Assembly (NCBI GenBank): GCA_010909165.1
Contig: VJWM01000318.1
Location: 12,651 to 76,650 of the forward strand
Direction of reading: 5' to 3'
Origin: Anthoceros angustus
Lineage: Eukaryota > Plantae > Anthocerotophyta
Length of the DNA stretch: 64,000 bases
In this document: one piece after another, positions 22,760-36,280 of the stretch
Numbering within the stretch: the stretch's first letter is position 1
Layout of the letters: every line of letters begins with the position of its first letter
Notes under the pieces: model-generated
Database searches by the model: none
Told to the model about the DNA's origin: nothing
Seen by the model: the letters and a program-made list of their open reading frames with translations, nothing else
Program-made: the position numbers and the translations under genes

Positions 22760-25700
22760 AGTGCTGGGAGGCCTAAACTTGAAGAGCCTCACAGAAGGCG
22801 CCGCCACCTCAAGCTGCCCAAGGCCCCATACAGCAACGCCCCATACACGCCGGAGGAGGAGAAGGAGGCGCAAGCTCGGCAAGGAGGAAATCGAGCGCCC
22901 AAGAGAGGAAGAAGGAGGAAAAAGAAGAAGAGAAGGAGAAGAAGGTTGGGGCAACCCAACACTTGCCAAGCTCGTGAGGGTGCCTAGGAGGGTGGAGTGG
23001 CAAGATTGCTAGGAAACCGTGCGAAGGGCTCCTAAATTGCGTGGCAAGTGTAAGAGTCCGGGGAGAATTTTGTGAGCTTTCTCTTGCAGAAATCGGGGTT
23101 TTGGGCGCCAAGGTGTAAGGGCAGGAGGAGAGCAAGGGCAAGGACCTTTGAGCTGAGCAGAGCAAATCAAGGGAGGAGGCTTTGCAAGGATAAGAAGTGG
23201 CAGCGCAGGAATTGCAGGAGAGGCATCACTTTTCTTCAATTTCGTGCAAGTACCCCAAGGAGGCCATGACCAAATGACCAAGGGCAAGGAGGTAGTAGCT
23301 AAGGAAGGAGCGTCCACCAAGGAGGTGGCGCGAGGAGGCAAGAGGTCTAAGGCGGAGGATCGGACCCGAGGGTGGAAATTTGACATGCCTTATTTACGTG
23401 CTATGTGGCTATCCTCTAGAGACCTTTGACTTTACCTTGGGCAGCGGAGAATATTCAGCTAGAGTGGGTGTATGGGCGACATTGGTCTTACACCAACCTT
23501 GAATTGATAGAGAGTGTTTTGCGCAGCGGAAGAGGAATTGGCCTTACCGGATAAAGCATGCGGCGGATCCACGGTGTTGGGCCCGCATGCGTATATGGCG
23601 GAGGATGGCGAGGATAGCGGAATCAGCTGATGGAAGGAACGAGCGGAGGCAAGCGTGCATCAACGCGGATCTTCCCAAGGAGCCTTACCCTTATGCAAGG
23701 GGCATGAAGGCTAAGTCCAAGAACTTGGGACGGACCAAATCTTGGAGCCCAAGTGGAGATTGTTCACAAGAATTGTTTTGGGCTTGGTGAGCAATCCAAG
23801 GGTGTCATATTTCAGCACTACCTTCCTCCATTTTCTATGGAAGATCACTCAAGGAGCGGCGGATTGGGGCTCATCATGTAAAGCATACACCTACCACCGG
23901 GAAAAGTTCAAACCCAACGTCGGATGAAGATCCAGGTATGCTATCTTAGCACTTATCTAGTGCATTTGTGGGAAGTAGAGGGCTACTCACAAGTAAGGAG
24001 TTGGATGATTCCAAGCATCCCTTTAACATTGTGTACTTACGGAGAGGGAGTGCTTGGTGCTTTGCGGCTAAAGGAGGTGCCGGCACCAGACATTATTGCT
24101 GGAAGGAATCCTCCGAAGATAGGCCGAGGATGCAGGAGGACTTGCAAGGAGAAGTTGTAGGGGATTTGAAGTTTGGACCGCAGGAGGATGCGGAGATGGA
24201 AGGTAGGATAGATCCTACCATGGCGGGAATCCTGCGAGGGTGGGAGGTGTTCCAGTGGTTTGGGACCCCTTCGTCCTCTCATGACAAGACCTACATGAAT
24301 TAGTCCTACCACGGTAGGGAAGTAGTCCTTGAGCACCTCCTACCACGGTAGGAGGGAAAGGAAGTCACGGTTTGGAAGCTCCCAAGAGGAGATAAGAAGG
24401 CAACCGCCCCTAGGTGGGCGAGCGGATGGAGTCACGGTGGGAGGAGTTGCCCACCAAGTGATGAGCGGGAGCTCATCATAGGGAAGCAAGGGATGTAAGA
24501 TCCCATGAGCAAGGCAAAGGCCTTGAGTCTCCCGGAGGTAAGAAAGGAGACTTAGACATGTTGGAGGAGATGCGCATAGGGAGATGTTCAAGAAGGTATA
24601 GGCGCCAAGAGGAGAGTTGAATTCTTGAAGACGGAGGCGGAAGACAAGGACCTACCAAGCAAGGGAAATTGCGGGTAGCGGCGGAAACCCAATGGCGGGA
24701 GGATGTTATGAGGATGGAAGCTCAAGTGGAGCACTTGGAAAAGTCTTGAGACAAGGCAAGAGGCAAACAACATATTCGGAGAACAAGGCTCTTACCAAGC
24801 AATTGGCAGCTCGAGAGGAGAAGGTGGAGCAACTTGCTCACATGGTGCACATGGGAAAAGAAGACAAGCAAGTGCTGCTAATGGAGGAAAGGTCAAGACG
24901 AGAGCAATCTCGCAGAATGAGACAGGGCAAGTAGGCGCATGAGCGGGTCATAGCCACAGTGAAGATTAGTGACATGGAAAAGGAGCTGGGAGAAATCCGG
25001 AGGCTGGAATTGAAGGAAGAAGAGCTGGAAGAACGGACACATTTTGTCCAAAGATTGGAAATGGAACGAGAAGTCCGAGAATGCACAACTCCCTAGGAGG
25101 ATAGGGGAGTTGGAGGAAGAAATGGCAAAGGAGAAAGGCCGTCATGAGGGTGCGACATATGTTGGCGGTGAGGGAGCGTAGATTTCGGGCTGATTATGCC
25201 TACAAGAGATTGATCCGCCAACCGCAGAATGAGAGGACGGAGAATGTGGCTCTCCATGTCAAGACCGGTGAGCTGGCCTTGGAGCGAGATGCTTACAAAA
25301 GCAAGTGTGAGCATGGAGTATGGCTTGAGGATTACGAAGAATTGAGATGGCGATTTGCAGCCCATCTTCACAACAAGGTGCTCAAGGCCACTAACGAGTT
25401 GTTGCGACTTGCCGAAGGAGGATGTTGGGACCTCATGACGATGATAGGGAGGCCCTCATGCAAGTCCAACCGAAGCCTTAGACTTGGAGAGTGTCCCAAG
25501 CGGTGAAGAAACTTCGCACTGTGGAGAAGCAAGTGAAGCGGGAAGGTGGAGAGAATCACCCGTGAAGGGGTAAGGAAGAAGAAACGACCTGTAACTCCTA
25601 CCGTGGTAGGAGGAGTTCCTACCGTGGTAGGAGGGACTCCTACCGTAGGGAGAAGGTCCTACCATGGTAGGAGGAAGAAGCAGCGGATTCAAAGGCGCTA

Positions 25701-25960
25701 GCATGGATTTGACGGCAAGGGCGAGTACCTTGGCCCTTGCGAAAGAAGGAAGAGGGGTTGATCTTGCAGAATGGAGCAAGAATCACAAGGAGAAGACCAA
25801 CCTCCTAACATGGGTGGGAGGCGGAGCTCACTTGCTCCACAAGTGAGAGGAAGAGGAGAAGCGAGGATGAGCCATGGCTAAGAGAGCCCGGCTATTTTAT
25901 TGGAGGAAGGAACTCAAGATAGGCATCAAGATAAGGAAGGGATTCATAAGAAGTCCTTAA
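22760..25960 (+). pseudogene. Accessory ORF of family B, copy 2
   Basis: Colinear with 12900-16634 but lacks the 15180-15690 insertion. Confidence 0.7.
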
Positions 25961-26027
25961 ATTAGCTTGAAGACATGGGGCAAGATGCCACTTGGGAAGA
26001 CTTTTCTTTAGAGGAGGCATTAATGCT

Positions 26028-27067
26028 TGTCACCCGAGAGTGTGTTGACTAGCTAGATAGGAATGTTGACAGGAGCCATTAAGGCTCACATAGGTGAATT
26101 TTGCTAGAATAGAATTTTACCCAAGATGCTTGGATGTCAGAACTTAAATTCTGACAATAGGATACACTAAAATAAGGAGTAAGGCAGTGCCAGGGGGAGG
26201 CTGTATGTGAGGACCTCCCTATAAAAGGAGGGAGCTTGTGAAGTAAAATTATCGTGTCTTGCGCTCCCATCCTCCTGAGTCCTTCACTTTGTGCAGGAAT
26301 TTCGTGCCGGCTGCAAGCCAACGCAGGTCCGGTAGAGAGGAGAACGCCGGGAGTCGGGTGGAGGCTTGCTCTTTGCGCCACGCGCTCCCTTGTGAATGGT
26401 TGTTGTGAATTGTTTTGCTTTGAGTGTGTCGGCTCAAGGAACTCTCGGCTTGAGGGTAGACTGGGGAAAGACTCTGGAGGTTCTCACGTGCAAACCACAT
26501 AGCAACCGCCCAAGGAAGAACTCGTTAATTTGGACGGACCCAGCATTGTTGTATAAGGGCGAGTTGGAATTAATGAGCCAAGAATTGGTGTTAGAGTAGG
26601 AGATTGTGGAGGAAGGAAGGGTAGATGAGTAGAGAAGAAGAGGGCGTTGTTGATTGAGAGTTGTGAGGAGGATTAGAGTGTAGGAAAAACTAAGGCCAGG
26701 AGCCTAAGGGACGAATCCCAAATGCAAGTAAGAGGGCTCCCCTGTGGAGAAGAGTGTCTTAGGAGTAGGGACGTTGCGGTGTGGGTCAGGGGTCCGGCGC
26801 CCGTGATAGACACCTTCATTGGGCGTAACGCAATTGTGTGTGTCGTTGTAGGTTGAGGTTTGGTGAGTTCTGTGAGCGATGCAGGCGAGCTGCTGTAGAG
26901 GGAGCGTGAGAGGCGCCTTGCTTGTTTAGAAGGCCGAGGTAGTGTGTAGCAGTAGTGACGGATTCTCAAGATTATGCTCCCCAAGTCTCATGGGACCCGA
27001 AACCCAGCGTTGGCATTTGATGGAAGTGTGGCCAGGGGTGAATCTCGGGAGCCCAGGTCTCCTCCAC
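26028..27067 (+). repeat. LTR, family B, copy 2 (3' LTR)
   Basis: Colinear with 16704-17733; no PBS follows. Confidence 0.85.
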
Positions 27068-29069
27068 CACCCTGAGGGACATTGGAGAAGTGGAGAGTCT
27101 TCCAGTGGAGAAGATTGGCCAGAAGTCGGACAAAGTGCTGTGGTCTCCTGAGGCAAGTGTAATCTTCTTTCAATTCCAGACCTGCGATTGTTTTTCTTTC
27201 TGTGATTTTCGGAGTAGTCTTAGGAGCTTGCGGGAGTAGGGGTTATTGTTTAGAAATTTGCTGTGTGTGCTCTAATTGCTTTCCCGTGGAGTTGTTCACA
27301 CAAGTCTCCCATGGGAATGAGCAACTCCACCTTGCGAGGCCAGCTTGGGTATTAATGACAGAGGGGAAATCCAGGCGTTTCCCACAACAGCCATCCCAAA
27401 GTGGGTGTGAGCCTGCACTCCTTGATGTTCCTCGCCTGGGCAGGTCAAATCACGGCCTTGGGTCCAACCACCGAGAGAAAAGAGCGAGATTGTCAAGAGT
27501 CTAACTCCTCCGGGGGTGGGCAGGAGGATCCTGTGGCTCACGTTTGCGATCACCCTCATGCGGCACTGAGTCCACCCTCATCCCTTGGTGGAGCAAGCGA
27601 TTTTGCAATCGGCCGGTTGCCTCAAACCTCGCTTTGTAACTCCTTCCGTGCCACGATCTCCCACTAAGGGAGGAAGGAGACTTGACATGTTGGTCTTATG
27701 AGGGAACAGAGGCGTGGAAAGGCCACCTTCATGGCCAAAGCAGGATCTAGTGGTGTGATTCCCGTAAGTTCCTATCCAAGCAGGACTTGTTCGAGGACAT
27801 GCAGGTCTCAAGGCACCCCTTGTGCATAAACGTTCCCAGGTAGGGTGCTCGTAAGTCAATGCCTGTGGGAGTGGACACACTCTTCCACCTTGCCATCAAT
27901 TTAGGATGTTGGAGAATCCTGAGACCCTGGGCATTGGGAGATTGACACTGGAGAAAACCACAAAGGGTACGAGATAAGCTGCACTAAACAAATGCACCAA
28001 GGGTGAGAGCTAGAAATCCTTGGCCGAGGCTACAATCATGACCGGGGTAAAACAAGATGTAAGGATCAAACCCATGACGTTGATTCCTCACGAGAGCGCC
28101 TCCATCTTGAGGCGAGCTCCAAGACCCTTTGCGGTGGTCAGCTTGGAAGGCTCCAAGGGATTACATCCGCGGCGCGAGGATGGTTGATGGCCATGAGTTC
28201 TCCACAGCCAGGGATCCGGAAGATATGGCGATGAGGCGCAATCATGTAAACATTCGCTAGTATTTGGGCACTTGAGAGGTATATGCGTTCAACATAGGTT
28301 GTAATCATGTTTGTACTTGGAGACATTGTTGCTCTGGAGGAAGATGCATCCACAGATTTAGGACCCCTCCTGCTCTGTGGGCCTTAAATCTCTGCCAGCT
28401 CTAATGCTCCACCCATCATTGAACTCCTCATGGCACTCATGTCTAATCTACCATGGCCTACAATTGCCATCAATATGCTCTTGATTAGCTGCCCTTTGTG
28501 CGCACAAAGTGCGTGAATCTTTCAGGGAGTTCTTTGTGGGTTCCTAGGTGACAAAGTGGTCTTTCACAATTACTCAAGCCGTTCCTTGGGCATCCCACAA
28601 AAGGAAAGCAATTTCAGCAAAATTCGAGCACTGCAGGCGCATGAGGAGCCCTCCGCCCACACTCCAGGATCCCAACATGGGCTTGAGTGGCTGAAATTTC
28701 TCACGCCTCCGGGAGAGGCCACGATCTTTACTTCTCCGTTGCTCCATGGGAGGGCATACCTGATACACCTGATGTAGCTCTATTCTAAGTTTTCAGGTGG
28801 CAAGCCTCGCAAACCACCAGTCACCCAAGGGAAAAAAAAACATACAGGCCAAACGCCCATGGCTGCGTGGCTTGTTATTACAATTTATTCATACATAAAT
28901 GCATTAAATTTCTTTTCAATTTCTTCCCTTGGAAAATTACCCACTAAGTCTTAAATAGGGATTTAAGCACTAGGAGAAGACTCTCATATATGATCGGCTA
29001 TCCCCTGTAGCAAAAGGTTCTTGCCCTCAGGATTTTGTGGTTGTTGGATGGTTCTGTGAGTAGGAGAAG

Positions 29070-29720
29070 CAGGTGTGGTCTTCTCACCCTCCTACCATGG
29101 TAGGGAGCTTATCAAACATGAGGAGCAGCGGTGGCGTCCTCCGGGGAGGAGCACTCTCCCTCAAAGACCAACTTTCGATCGCCACCACCAGGTCATCCAG
29201 CCTTGCGGGTGGGTACTCCACGGGGGTAGGAGACCCTCTTGTGAGAGTGCACCTAGAGACCATCTTCACAGGAAACGTGCTCCTCCTCGAGGAGCCCCTC
29301 TTGCTTGCACATCCCCTCTGTGACCTCGACTCCTCTATGACTTGGAGTCATGCGCTCACTCTTGCAGAGGCTCCGGGCTTAAAGTTCATAGGGCTGTATC
29401 GTCGTGTGGCTAACATGCTCTTAAGACAAACCATGCCTTGAAAGGATCCATTGTGGAGGGTAATCCTAAGGTATGATACACTCCAGGTTCATTGAGTCTT
29501 CGCCATCCTTCAACCTCCCATCATAGGCCTTCCTTTCCAAGTTAGCTCCCCACCGGATGTGAGCATTCTCCGGTGGCTATGAAGTTGGTGCCATCTTCTG
29601 TAGGGGCGTAGTGTCATGCCTGTGGAAACACGGTACCACCAACATCCTATGTTGCCCTAAATCTCTTCTTGAGCTCTCCTTCTCTGACTCCTGAACCTCT
29701 AGAAGTCGTAGGGTCCCTCA
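29070..29720 (-). pseudogene. C-terminal part of a divergent accessory ORF
   Basis: Minus-strand ENAHIRWG..LERKAYDG resembles ENVALHVKTGELALERDAYK of family B. Ends near a CCTACCATGGTAGG motif (PTMVGG). Confidence 0.4.
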
Positions 29721-30169
29721 TGAAGCTGCGTTTGGCTGGCTCACATCCAATGTAAGGAGTTTGACTTCGAATGGAAGTCTGAAAGCGGAGGCGCAATATG
29801 GTGGATATTGAGGAAGGTGAGTCACTGCATTTCCTCTTTGACTATGTTCTTGATCAACAGCTCTTTGGGAAGCGACTCGGAATGTTGCTAGATAACATTG
29901 CGGGCCTTCGTGCATTTTTAATGAAGTCAAAACAACTAAAATAAACTCCATCAAAGGTGGAGACTATTGTATAATTTGAGAACATATTGTGAAATAACAC
30001 TTCAAAGCAGTGGAAGAGAAACACGATAGAAATGTAAAGTGTAAGTGGTGAGAAAAGACCAGTATAATTGTACCCCAACAAAACTCTTCAATTTTGAACG
30101 GACGCTCACCTGCTGCGGTGTGGGCAAGACTCATTTCAGTAGCTCCCTTGTGAGAAGACACGAGGAGGT

Positions 30170-30750
30170 GCATGGCAAGACAAACATCAAGCATGATTCC
30201 GTGATCCAAAATTTCTACCTCACCGTTCAGCATCTTGGGGATAGACCTTCACGTTCTATCTCCTCTTCCCATATGTTTCCCTCCTAGCATCACCAGTGGA
30301 TGCCCTCTGTGGCGTTGTTCCAAAAATCTTCTCCCGCTTTGGCCCGTCACGTGAACTACTTTATGTTCGTAAACAATGTTCGATGCCTTCATCTCAGGTG
30401 GATCATGACTAGCCTAGGATCATGCTCTGGTGGCAACCTCCTCACCTTCTGCGGTTCTTGGCGTGATTTATGGATCGACCAAGAATCGGTGGTCTCCTCC
30501 CGCCAATTTTTGTTCAAGCACATTAGTGGGTTTCCCAATCCTCCTTCATACAGTTCCAAGAGCCATCCTCACTCCTGGGCTCGGTGCACCTTCTCAACAC
30601 ACCTTTTTGTGTGCCCTCTCCCTTAGTGCGATTTCTTAGCTTCTCCATCGCTCCTTGACTCACTTGGCCTGGCACAGCCTCATTGCTCACTTGAGAGAAC
30701 TCCTTGTTCTCCTCGTACACATGTTGGCCCTTCTTTGCTCTATGTTTCTT
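30170..30750 (-). pseudogene. pol: Third copy of RH-integrase linker with PHD-like domain and integrase start
   Basis: Reverse complement aligns with 4360-4560 (CTEPRSEDGS..CMKED.G.TH..C) and with the FLEHGIMPDG start (ILDHGIMLD). Confidence 0.65.
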
Positions 30751-32290
30751 AGATTGACCTCCTGCAAGAACTACATGAAACCCCTTGCGGACATGGTGTG
30801 GAGCATAAAAGTTTGACCAGAAGAGGGAGGAGGCAGTTTGATTTTTTGGCTGGAGCGATTGAAAGAAGCATGCGAAATTTAGAATCTTGGAGTAGAGTGT
30901 AAATATTGTTAGGAAGAAGAGGATATCCGGGAGAGAAGGTGGCGACCCCAGACGAGGCGGGAGCGGTCAAGAGGGTGATGGTAAGGACTACGCATAAGGC
31001 TGCCACACCTCGATGGGGTGAGAGCGGACTACCAGTGGTGGCGGACTACCGTGGTAGGGGTGGTGAATCTCGGCTAAAAGGAAATTTAGAATAGAGGGGG
31101 ATATCCACTATATATGCTCACCAATAGGGAATAAATATATAGAGTAATTAGAAGGTTAATTAGGGATAGCGGCGGGATAGGAAAATAGGTAGTTTAGATA
31201 GAATTAGGATTTTGGAATGATGAACCAATCTAGGGTTGCGCGGCGTGACATCTAAGGAGGGCAAAGTGCGTTTGGGCGCTTCTCCAGCAAGAGCAAGCTG
31301 GGTGGCGTTGGGCGTGAAAAGGAAGGAAGGCCATCAGCCAGCCATCGCCACGAGCAGAAGAGGAGCTGCGCGCCATCGAGAGGAGGAACACCGGCGGGCG
31401 TGAGCGGAGAAGGAAAAAGCGAGTCGCAGCGGTGGGAGCTCGTCACGCCCCCGGAGAGGAAGTGTGGGCGGCGCCAAGAACGCACTTAGGCGTGGTAGAA
31501 TTGAGCGGGGAAGAGCGTTGCGCAATCGGCGCTCCGCCACGGAAGAAGGACAAGGGGAGGCGACGGTGAAGACTCGGCCGTGGCTAACGTGTGCTGCAGT
31601 GAAGTGTGGTTGCTACCCCAAGGGGAGTGTTTGGAAGAAGTTTGGAGCACCTGTTGGCGTTGGAAGTAATTCCTTCCTTTGAAACACTTGGAAAGGAAGC
31701 CCATGCCTCGAGGAGGAAAGGCAAGGGAAGGAGCCGCCAGCAAAGGCTCTCGCGAGAAGGAAAGGAAAAAAGAGCGGGGGCTCGCGCCGAGGAGCGACTT
31801 TGATGCCACAATTCACGTGCTGCGGCAGCTCAACCCGATTTGGTTGATTTCGGCGGAGGAGGAGAACATCCAATTGGGATGGGTGTATGGCGCCAATGGG
31901 CCTACACCAATTTGGAATTGATTGAGGAGTGTTACATCAACCTCCATCAATCGAGCGCCCCGCTTACGGAAAGGAATGCTCGACGGATCCCATTGTTGGA
32001 CCGTAGAAGCATTCCAGTGTATGGAGACCGGAGGAGAGCTCGGGTGCTCTCCTCGAAAGGTCGAATGGAGGGAAGAGGACGCCCTCTCACATTCCAAGTC
32101 CTCGACATGATGGATGGTGAAGGCCCACGCCAAGAATGGCTGGAAAAGCAGAGCATCAAGGAGTGAAGTGGAGGCTCTTTCAAAGATTGTTGGGGTTGGT
32201 AAATTACCAACGCACTATTTATTTCAACTTCCTCAATTTTTGTGGAAGATTTCATGAGGAGCCAAGCATTGGGGCGCCTTCTGTGAGGCC
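30750..32290 (+). mobile_element. Family C fragment: post-integrase spacer and N-terminal half of accessory ORF
   Basis: Colinear with 46160-47760; EENIQLGWVYG..WAYTNLELIEEC block. Confidence 0.75.
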
Positions 32291-33069
32291 GCCTCCTCAA
32301 GTTTAGGTTGTGGCCTCCTGCACTGACCACTTTTATAAGTCACCCAAGGGTTAGAAAAGTAACTACCATTCTATCCTGCCCTTGGATGTGTGCCACGTGG
32401 CCCTCTCCCACCATTGATGTTAGTTTCCTAATTTCCTTATACTAAAATACCAATTTCCCTATTTTTCTAATTTCTAATTCTGAAAATTAGCCTCTAATTT
32501 CTTAATTACCTATTTTGGCCTATTTATCTAGTCCACTAAAGACTCTATATATAGCAAGCCTATCCGCCTAAAACATAAGCTACTTTCCTTAGAAACCTAT
32601 CTCCTACCGTGGTAGGACATCCTCCTACCATGGTAGGCGTTTTCCCTTTCTCCTACCACGGTAGGAGTTTCTCCTGTGGTGGATACCTTCCTACCCTCTC
32701 CTACCATGGTAGGAGCTATTCACCGGTAGGTGATCAAAACACTAGCGGTCATCTCCTCGGTGGTAGGATCTCTCTACCCTCGTCTACCATGGTAGGAGTT
32801 TCTCCTACGGTAGGACACCTACCACTCATGTAGGTTACCTTTTCTCCTCACCGTGGTCGTTTTGACCCGTTTCTTTTCCTGCATATCCTCTGCCTTCCGA
32901 CATGGTCCTACAACTCCCGCTCAAAAGGAGCAAAAATTTCCTTGCATGTCTTCACCAAACCATTTCTAGCAAAGAGTGTGGGCTGCAAAGCAACTCATTT
33001 AAGCTTGTTGCCCAAACTTTTGCGTTCCACATACTCCCTCCTCATTGTTGCGTCCTCGCAAACAACAGA

Positions 33070-34200
33070 CTTTTGAAGGTACTTCTTAACCTTCCACCCA
33101 TTCACTCTAGTTGACAAATCCCATCCGACCGAGTTGCGGATCCATTCTCATACTGCCACCACCTCATAAGGTCCCATCCATCTCAATCTAAGCTTCCTGG
33201 AAGTCCATATACGGCTATCATATAGAAGAACCAAATCCCACCATGATAGCTTCTTGCTTCCTCAACTTCCCATCATGCCTATCCTTTCTAAGCTCAATTG
33301 CTGAGTTTCTTCTAAAGCATCTTCCCACGTTCCTCATGCTCTATGAAAGATTCTAGTCTAGCTACAGCTATCTCTGTCATGCGCTCATCCTCCATGATTC
33401 TATAGGTACTTCAAATTCTCGGCATCAGGGAGACATGCCATATGTTAAATAATAAGGGGTCTTCTTGGTTGTCACCTTCTGCCGTCTAAGCCCATGCAGA
33501 ATGTAGCTTAGTGTCCCAATCATACATGTGAGTCACACCTTGGTCAAGATTGTACACAACAGCCCATTCGTTTTCTCCGTCAAACCATTCGCTTTGGGAT
33601 TGTAAGGAGTTGTCTTTCGGCGAATGTTGAAGTAGGTGGTGAGAGTCTCGACCGAGTTGAGGAAATGAGTTCCCCATGACCAACTCAAAGGACATCCATA
33701 CCTCGTTATAATGTTCTCAAAGAGAAACTTCGCTCTGCGGTCGTCGTCCTTTCTTGTTGCTTGACCTCCACCATCTTTGTACAATAGTCCGTAGCCACCA
33801 AGATATATTGCTTCCTTGTCCATTGTGTGGGTGGCTTGATTGGACCTACAAAATCTATACCACTTCTCAAATGGTGCCAAAGGTAGTATGTAGGTGAGAG
33901 GCCCTGTTGACAAAGTGGGCCTTCCAACCCTCGACACGCATCACACCTCCTAATAAATTCCCACACATCCCTCTGCATTGTAGCCCACCAGTGCATCCAA
34001 GACCTTCTTCAGTGATTTGCGTCGAATAATGACCACCACCTCTGCATGTAAAGCCCGTGACCAAAACAAATTTCCACCGAATCTTCTCGTCTGGACCAAG
34101 CTTACAAGACCCCATCCGTAGGCAATAAGGGGCTGTCTTGTGGAGAAAACACCGCCCCTCCCTAGACAAACCATCGGGCATGATTCCATGCTCTAGAAAA
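33070..34200 (-). pseudogene. pol: Ty3/gypsy integrase (HHCC, DDE core, GPY module), frameshifted
   Basis: GGHYS..WWATMQRDVWEFIRRCDAC; LAPFEKW/GIDFVGPIKPP..YILVATDYCTK; RKTTPYNPKANGLTEKTNGLLCTILTKV; WMGPY. Confidence 0.92.
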
Positions 34201-34979
34201 TTCGTACCTCACCATTCAAGTATCTTGGGCATGAACGCCCCTCACGTTCGAATCTCCTCCTTCCACGCATACCACGTCGCCTCCTGCCAGCTCGCCCACC
34301 AGCAGCCCGAGGCGTTGTTCCATCCACAAATCCAGTTTCTCCCGCTTTGTCCATCTGCAAGTTTTGAGCTGCCCGTTTGCATGCTCCTCCTCCAACAACG
34401 TTCGGATTTCTTCCATTCCTGCTGGTCTAGCCTCGTGTCCAGGTCCAGCTCGTGCTCCCATGGCGACCTCCTGCTGTTGCCCCCATGGCCACCTCATGAG
34501 TGATTTCCCATGAATCGTTTTCTCTCCGCTTTTGCTCAAGCTTCATGGGATGCATCTCCTTCCTCCTGGCGCACCTACCTCCCTAGGGCCTTCTCCTCGG
34601 CCCCATGGCGCTGGCTTGACCTCGCCAAGTGGGGCGCCTTTTTTTTGCGCTCCCATATCCGCTTCTTTCTTTTGCCAACGTGGCCTCCACTTGCAGCCCT
34701 CCTGACTGCTCACCCTTGAGGAGCATTCCAGCCTCCTCCTCGCGCCCATACTGGCGCCCTTTTATCCCCTCTCGGATTTCCAGATTGTCCTGCTGGCCTT
34801 TCCCGCGCTCCCTTCTTGCTCATTTGACCTCTCTGCTGGCAGCAAGGCTTGCTGATCAATGCTTAGGCCGCCACAACATGCTCACGTCCTCCCCTTGACC
34901 CGGCCGTGGCAACCAACTCCTCGTGAAATCCATCCGTGGCTTCAAGTCGCTCTCCGGTTTCAGACGAAATGAAATCGAC

Positions 34980-35310
34980 GATGTCGCTTCGGCCTAGTTT
35001 CTACGTCATAATCAAACTCTTGCAGCAGTAGTACCGGCAATCCTTCACGACAAATCTGGCTTGTTCACAAGGTACTTCAACGCAAAATGGTCAACATGGA
35101 ACGTCACTTTGCAAGCAAGCAGATAGTGTCTAAACTTCTTACAGAGTAAATGATACCAAGACCCTCTCGCCCGTGGTTGAGTAGTTCTTCTCCGTGAGTG
35201 TCTACCGCATAGAAAATCGGATGGTCCGTTTCTTCTCGTCCTTACGGCTTAAGATGGTCCCAATGGCATAAGCGGACACATCCACGTATACATGAAACGG
35301 TTTCTCCCAA
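34980..35310 (-). pseudogene. pol: RNase H of Ty3/gypsy pol
   Basis: KPFHVYVDVSAYAIGTILS..EKNYSTT.RE..KKFRHYLLACKVTFHVDHFALKYLVNKPDL..LLLQEFD. Confidence 0.9.
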
Positions 35311-36280
35311 TCGCGGCTGCAAGGTGCGCTCACTGTCCCTTCACCGAAAAGCCTGTCTTGCGGTCCATTCGAAAGGTGTATCCTTCTTGGTCAATTGGGT
35401 CAAAAGGCGCCTTCTTAGCAAAATCCTTGATGAACCTCTGTAATATCCTAGTCCTACAAAGGCACGCACTTTGCCTCACCGTTTGGGGTGCGTCCATCTC
35501 ACTATGCCACCTTCTCCTTATCTACCGCAATCCTCTTCTGAAACTCGATGTGCCAACAAAATACCTTCCGTCATGCCAAAATAACACTGGATGAAGCTTC
35601 ATGTTGGACTCCGCACGAAAACATTGTCTTAGGTGTCTAGGTGCGCTTCCTCCAAACACAAAAATCATCCGAAATACCTCCATGAACTTCGAAAATCTCG
35701 GAAGATAGCATTCACCACCTGTGGCGGGCGTTGCACAAGCGAAAGGTAGCTTGGAATAAGCGTAAGTGCCCCAATCGGTTGTGAACGTAGTCTTGTCGAT
35801 CCTCCCTCCTCAGCGAAATCGATTGTAACCCGAGTACCCATCTAGAGTATACATTTCATGGCCAGCCACCGTGTCGACGCTGTCCATGAAAGGCAAGGTG
35901 GTGGTCCTTCGTTGCTTCATTAAGCTTCACGAAATCGACACACCGTACCTTCCTGCTTCTTAGGTACAATTACAATGGGCGACCCACTCGGTAAGCCGGA
36001 TAAATCACCCGGCTTCCAAGTATTGGTCCAGCTGATCCTTGACGACCATAGAATACTTGGGATTCAGCCTGTATTGCTTGATCCTTACAGGAGTGCTGCC
36101 CTCCTTCAAATCGATTCGGTGTATCCCCAATTCTTCCGGAATTCCTGTCATGTCAGTAATCTTGAAGGCAAACACATCGACATATTCTCTAAGGACCCTA
36201 CGAAATTCTTCTTTTTCTACCACTCCTAGATGCCTGGAGATCTTGACCACCTTGCCGGGTTCTAGCTCCAAGTCCTCTAC
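35310..36280 (-). pseudogene. pol: Reverse transcriptase (Athila/Tat-type)
   Basis: YVDVFAF..GIPEELGIHRIDLKEGSTPVRIKQYRLNP; SPIVIVPKK; CVDF.KLNEAT; DTVAGHEMY.LDGYSGYN; TTFTTDWGTYAY; FMEVF.DDFCVF. Confidence 0.93.

Larger units (their letters stand above)
12220..27067 (+). mobile_element. Family B Athila-like element in tandem arrangement: 3' internal - LTR - PBS - full internal - LTR
   Basis: 12220-17733 is repeated at 22120-27067, with a degenerate PBS at 17737. It has the same deleted pol as family A. Confidence 0.85.

Noticed and set aside
34200-34920. Additional archaeal-type RNase H (Tat hallmark) between RH and integrase
   Set aside because: The insert shows no FDG/TNN.AEY/GDS motifs. 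It is the low-complexity linker module.
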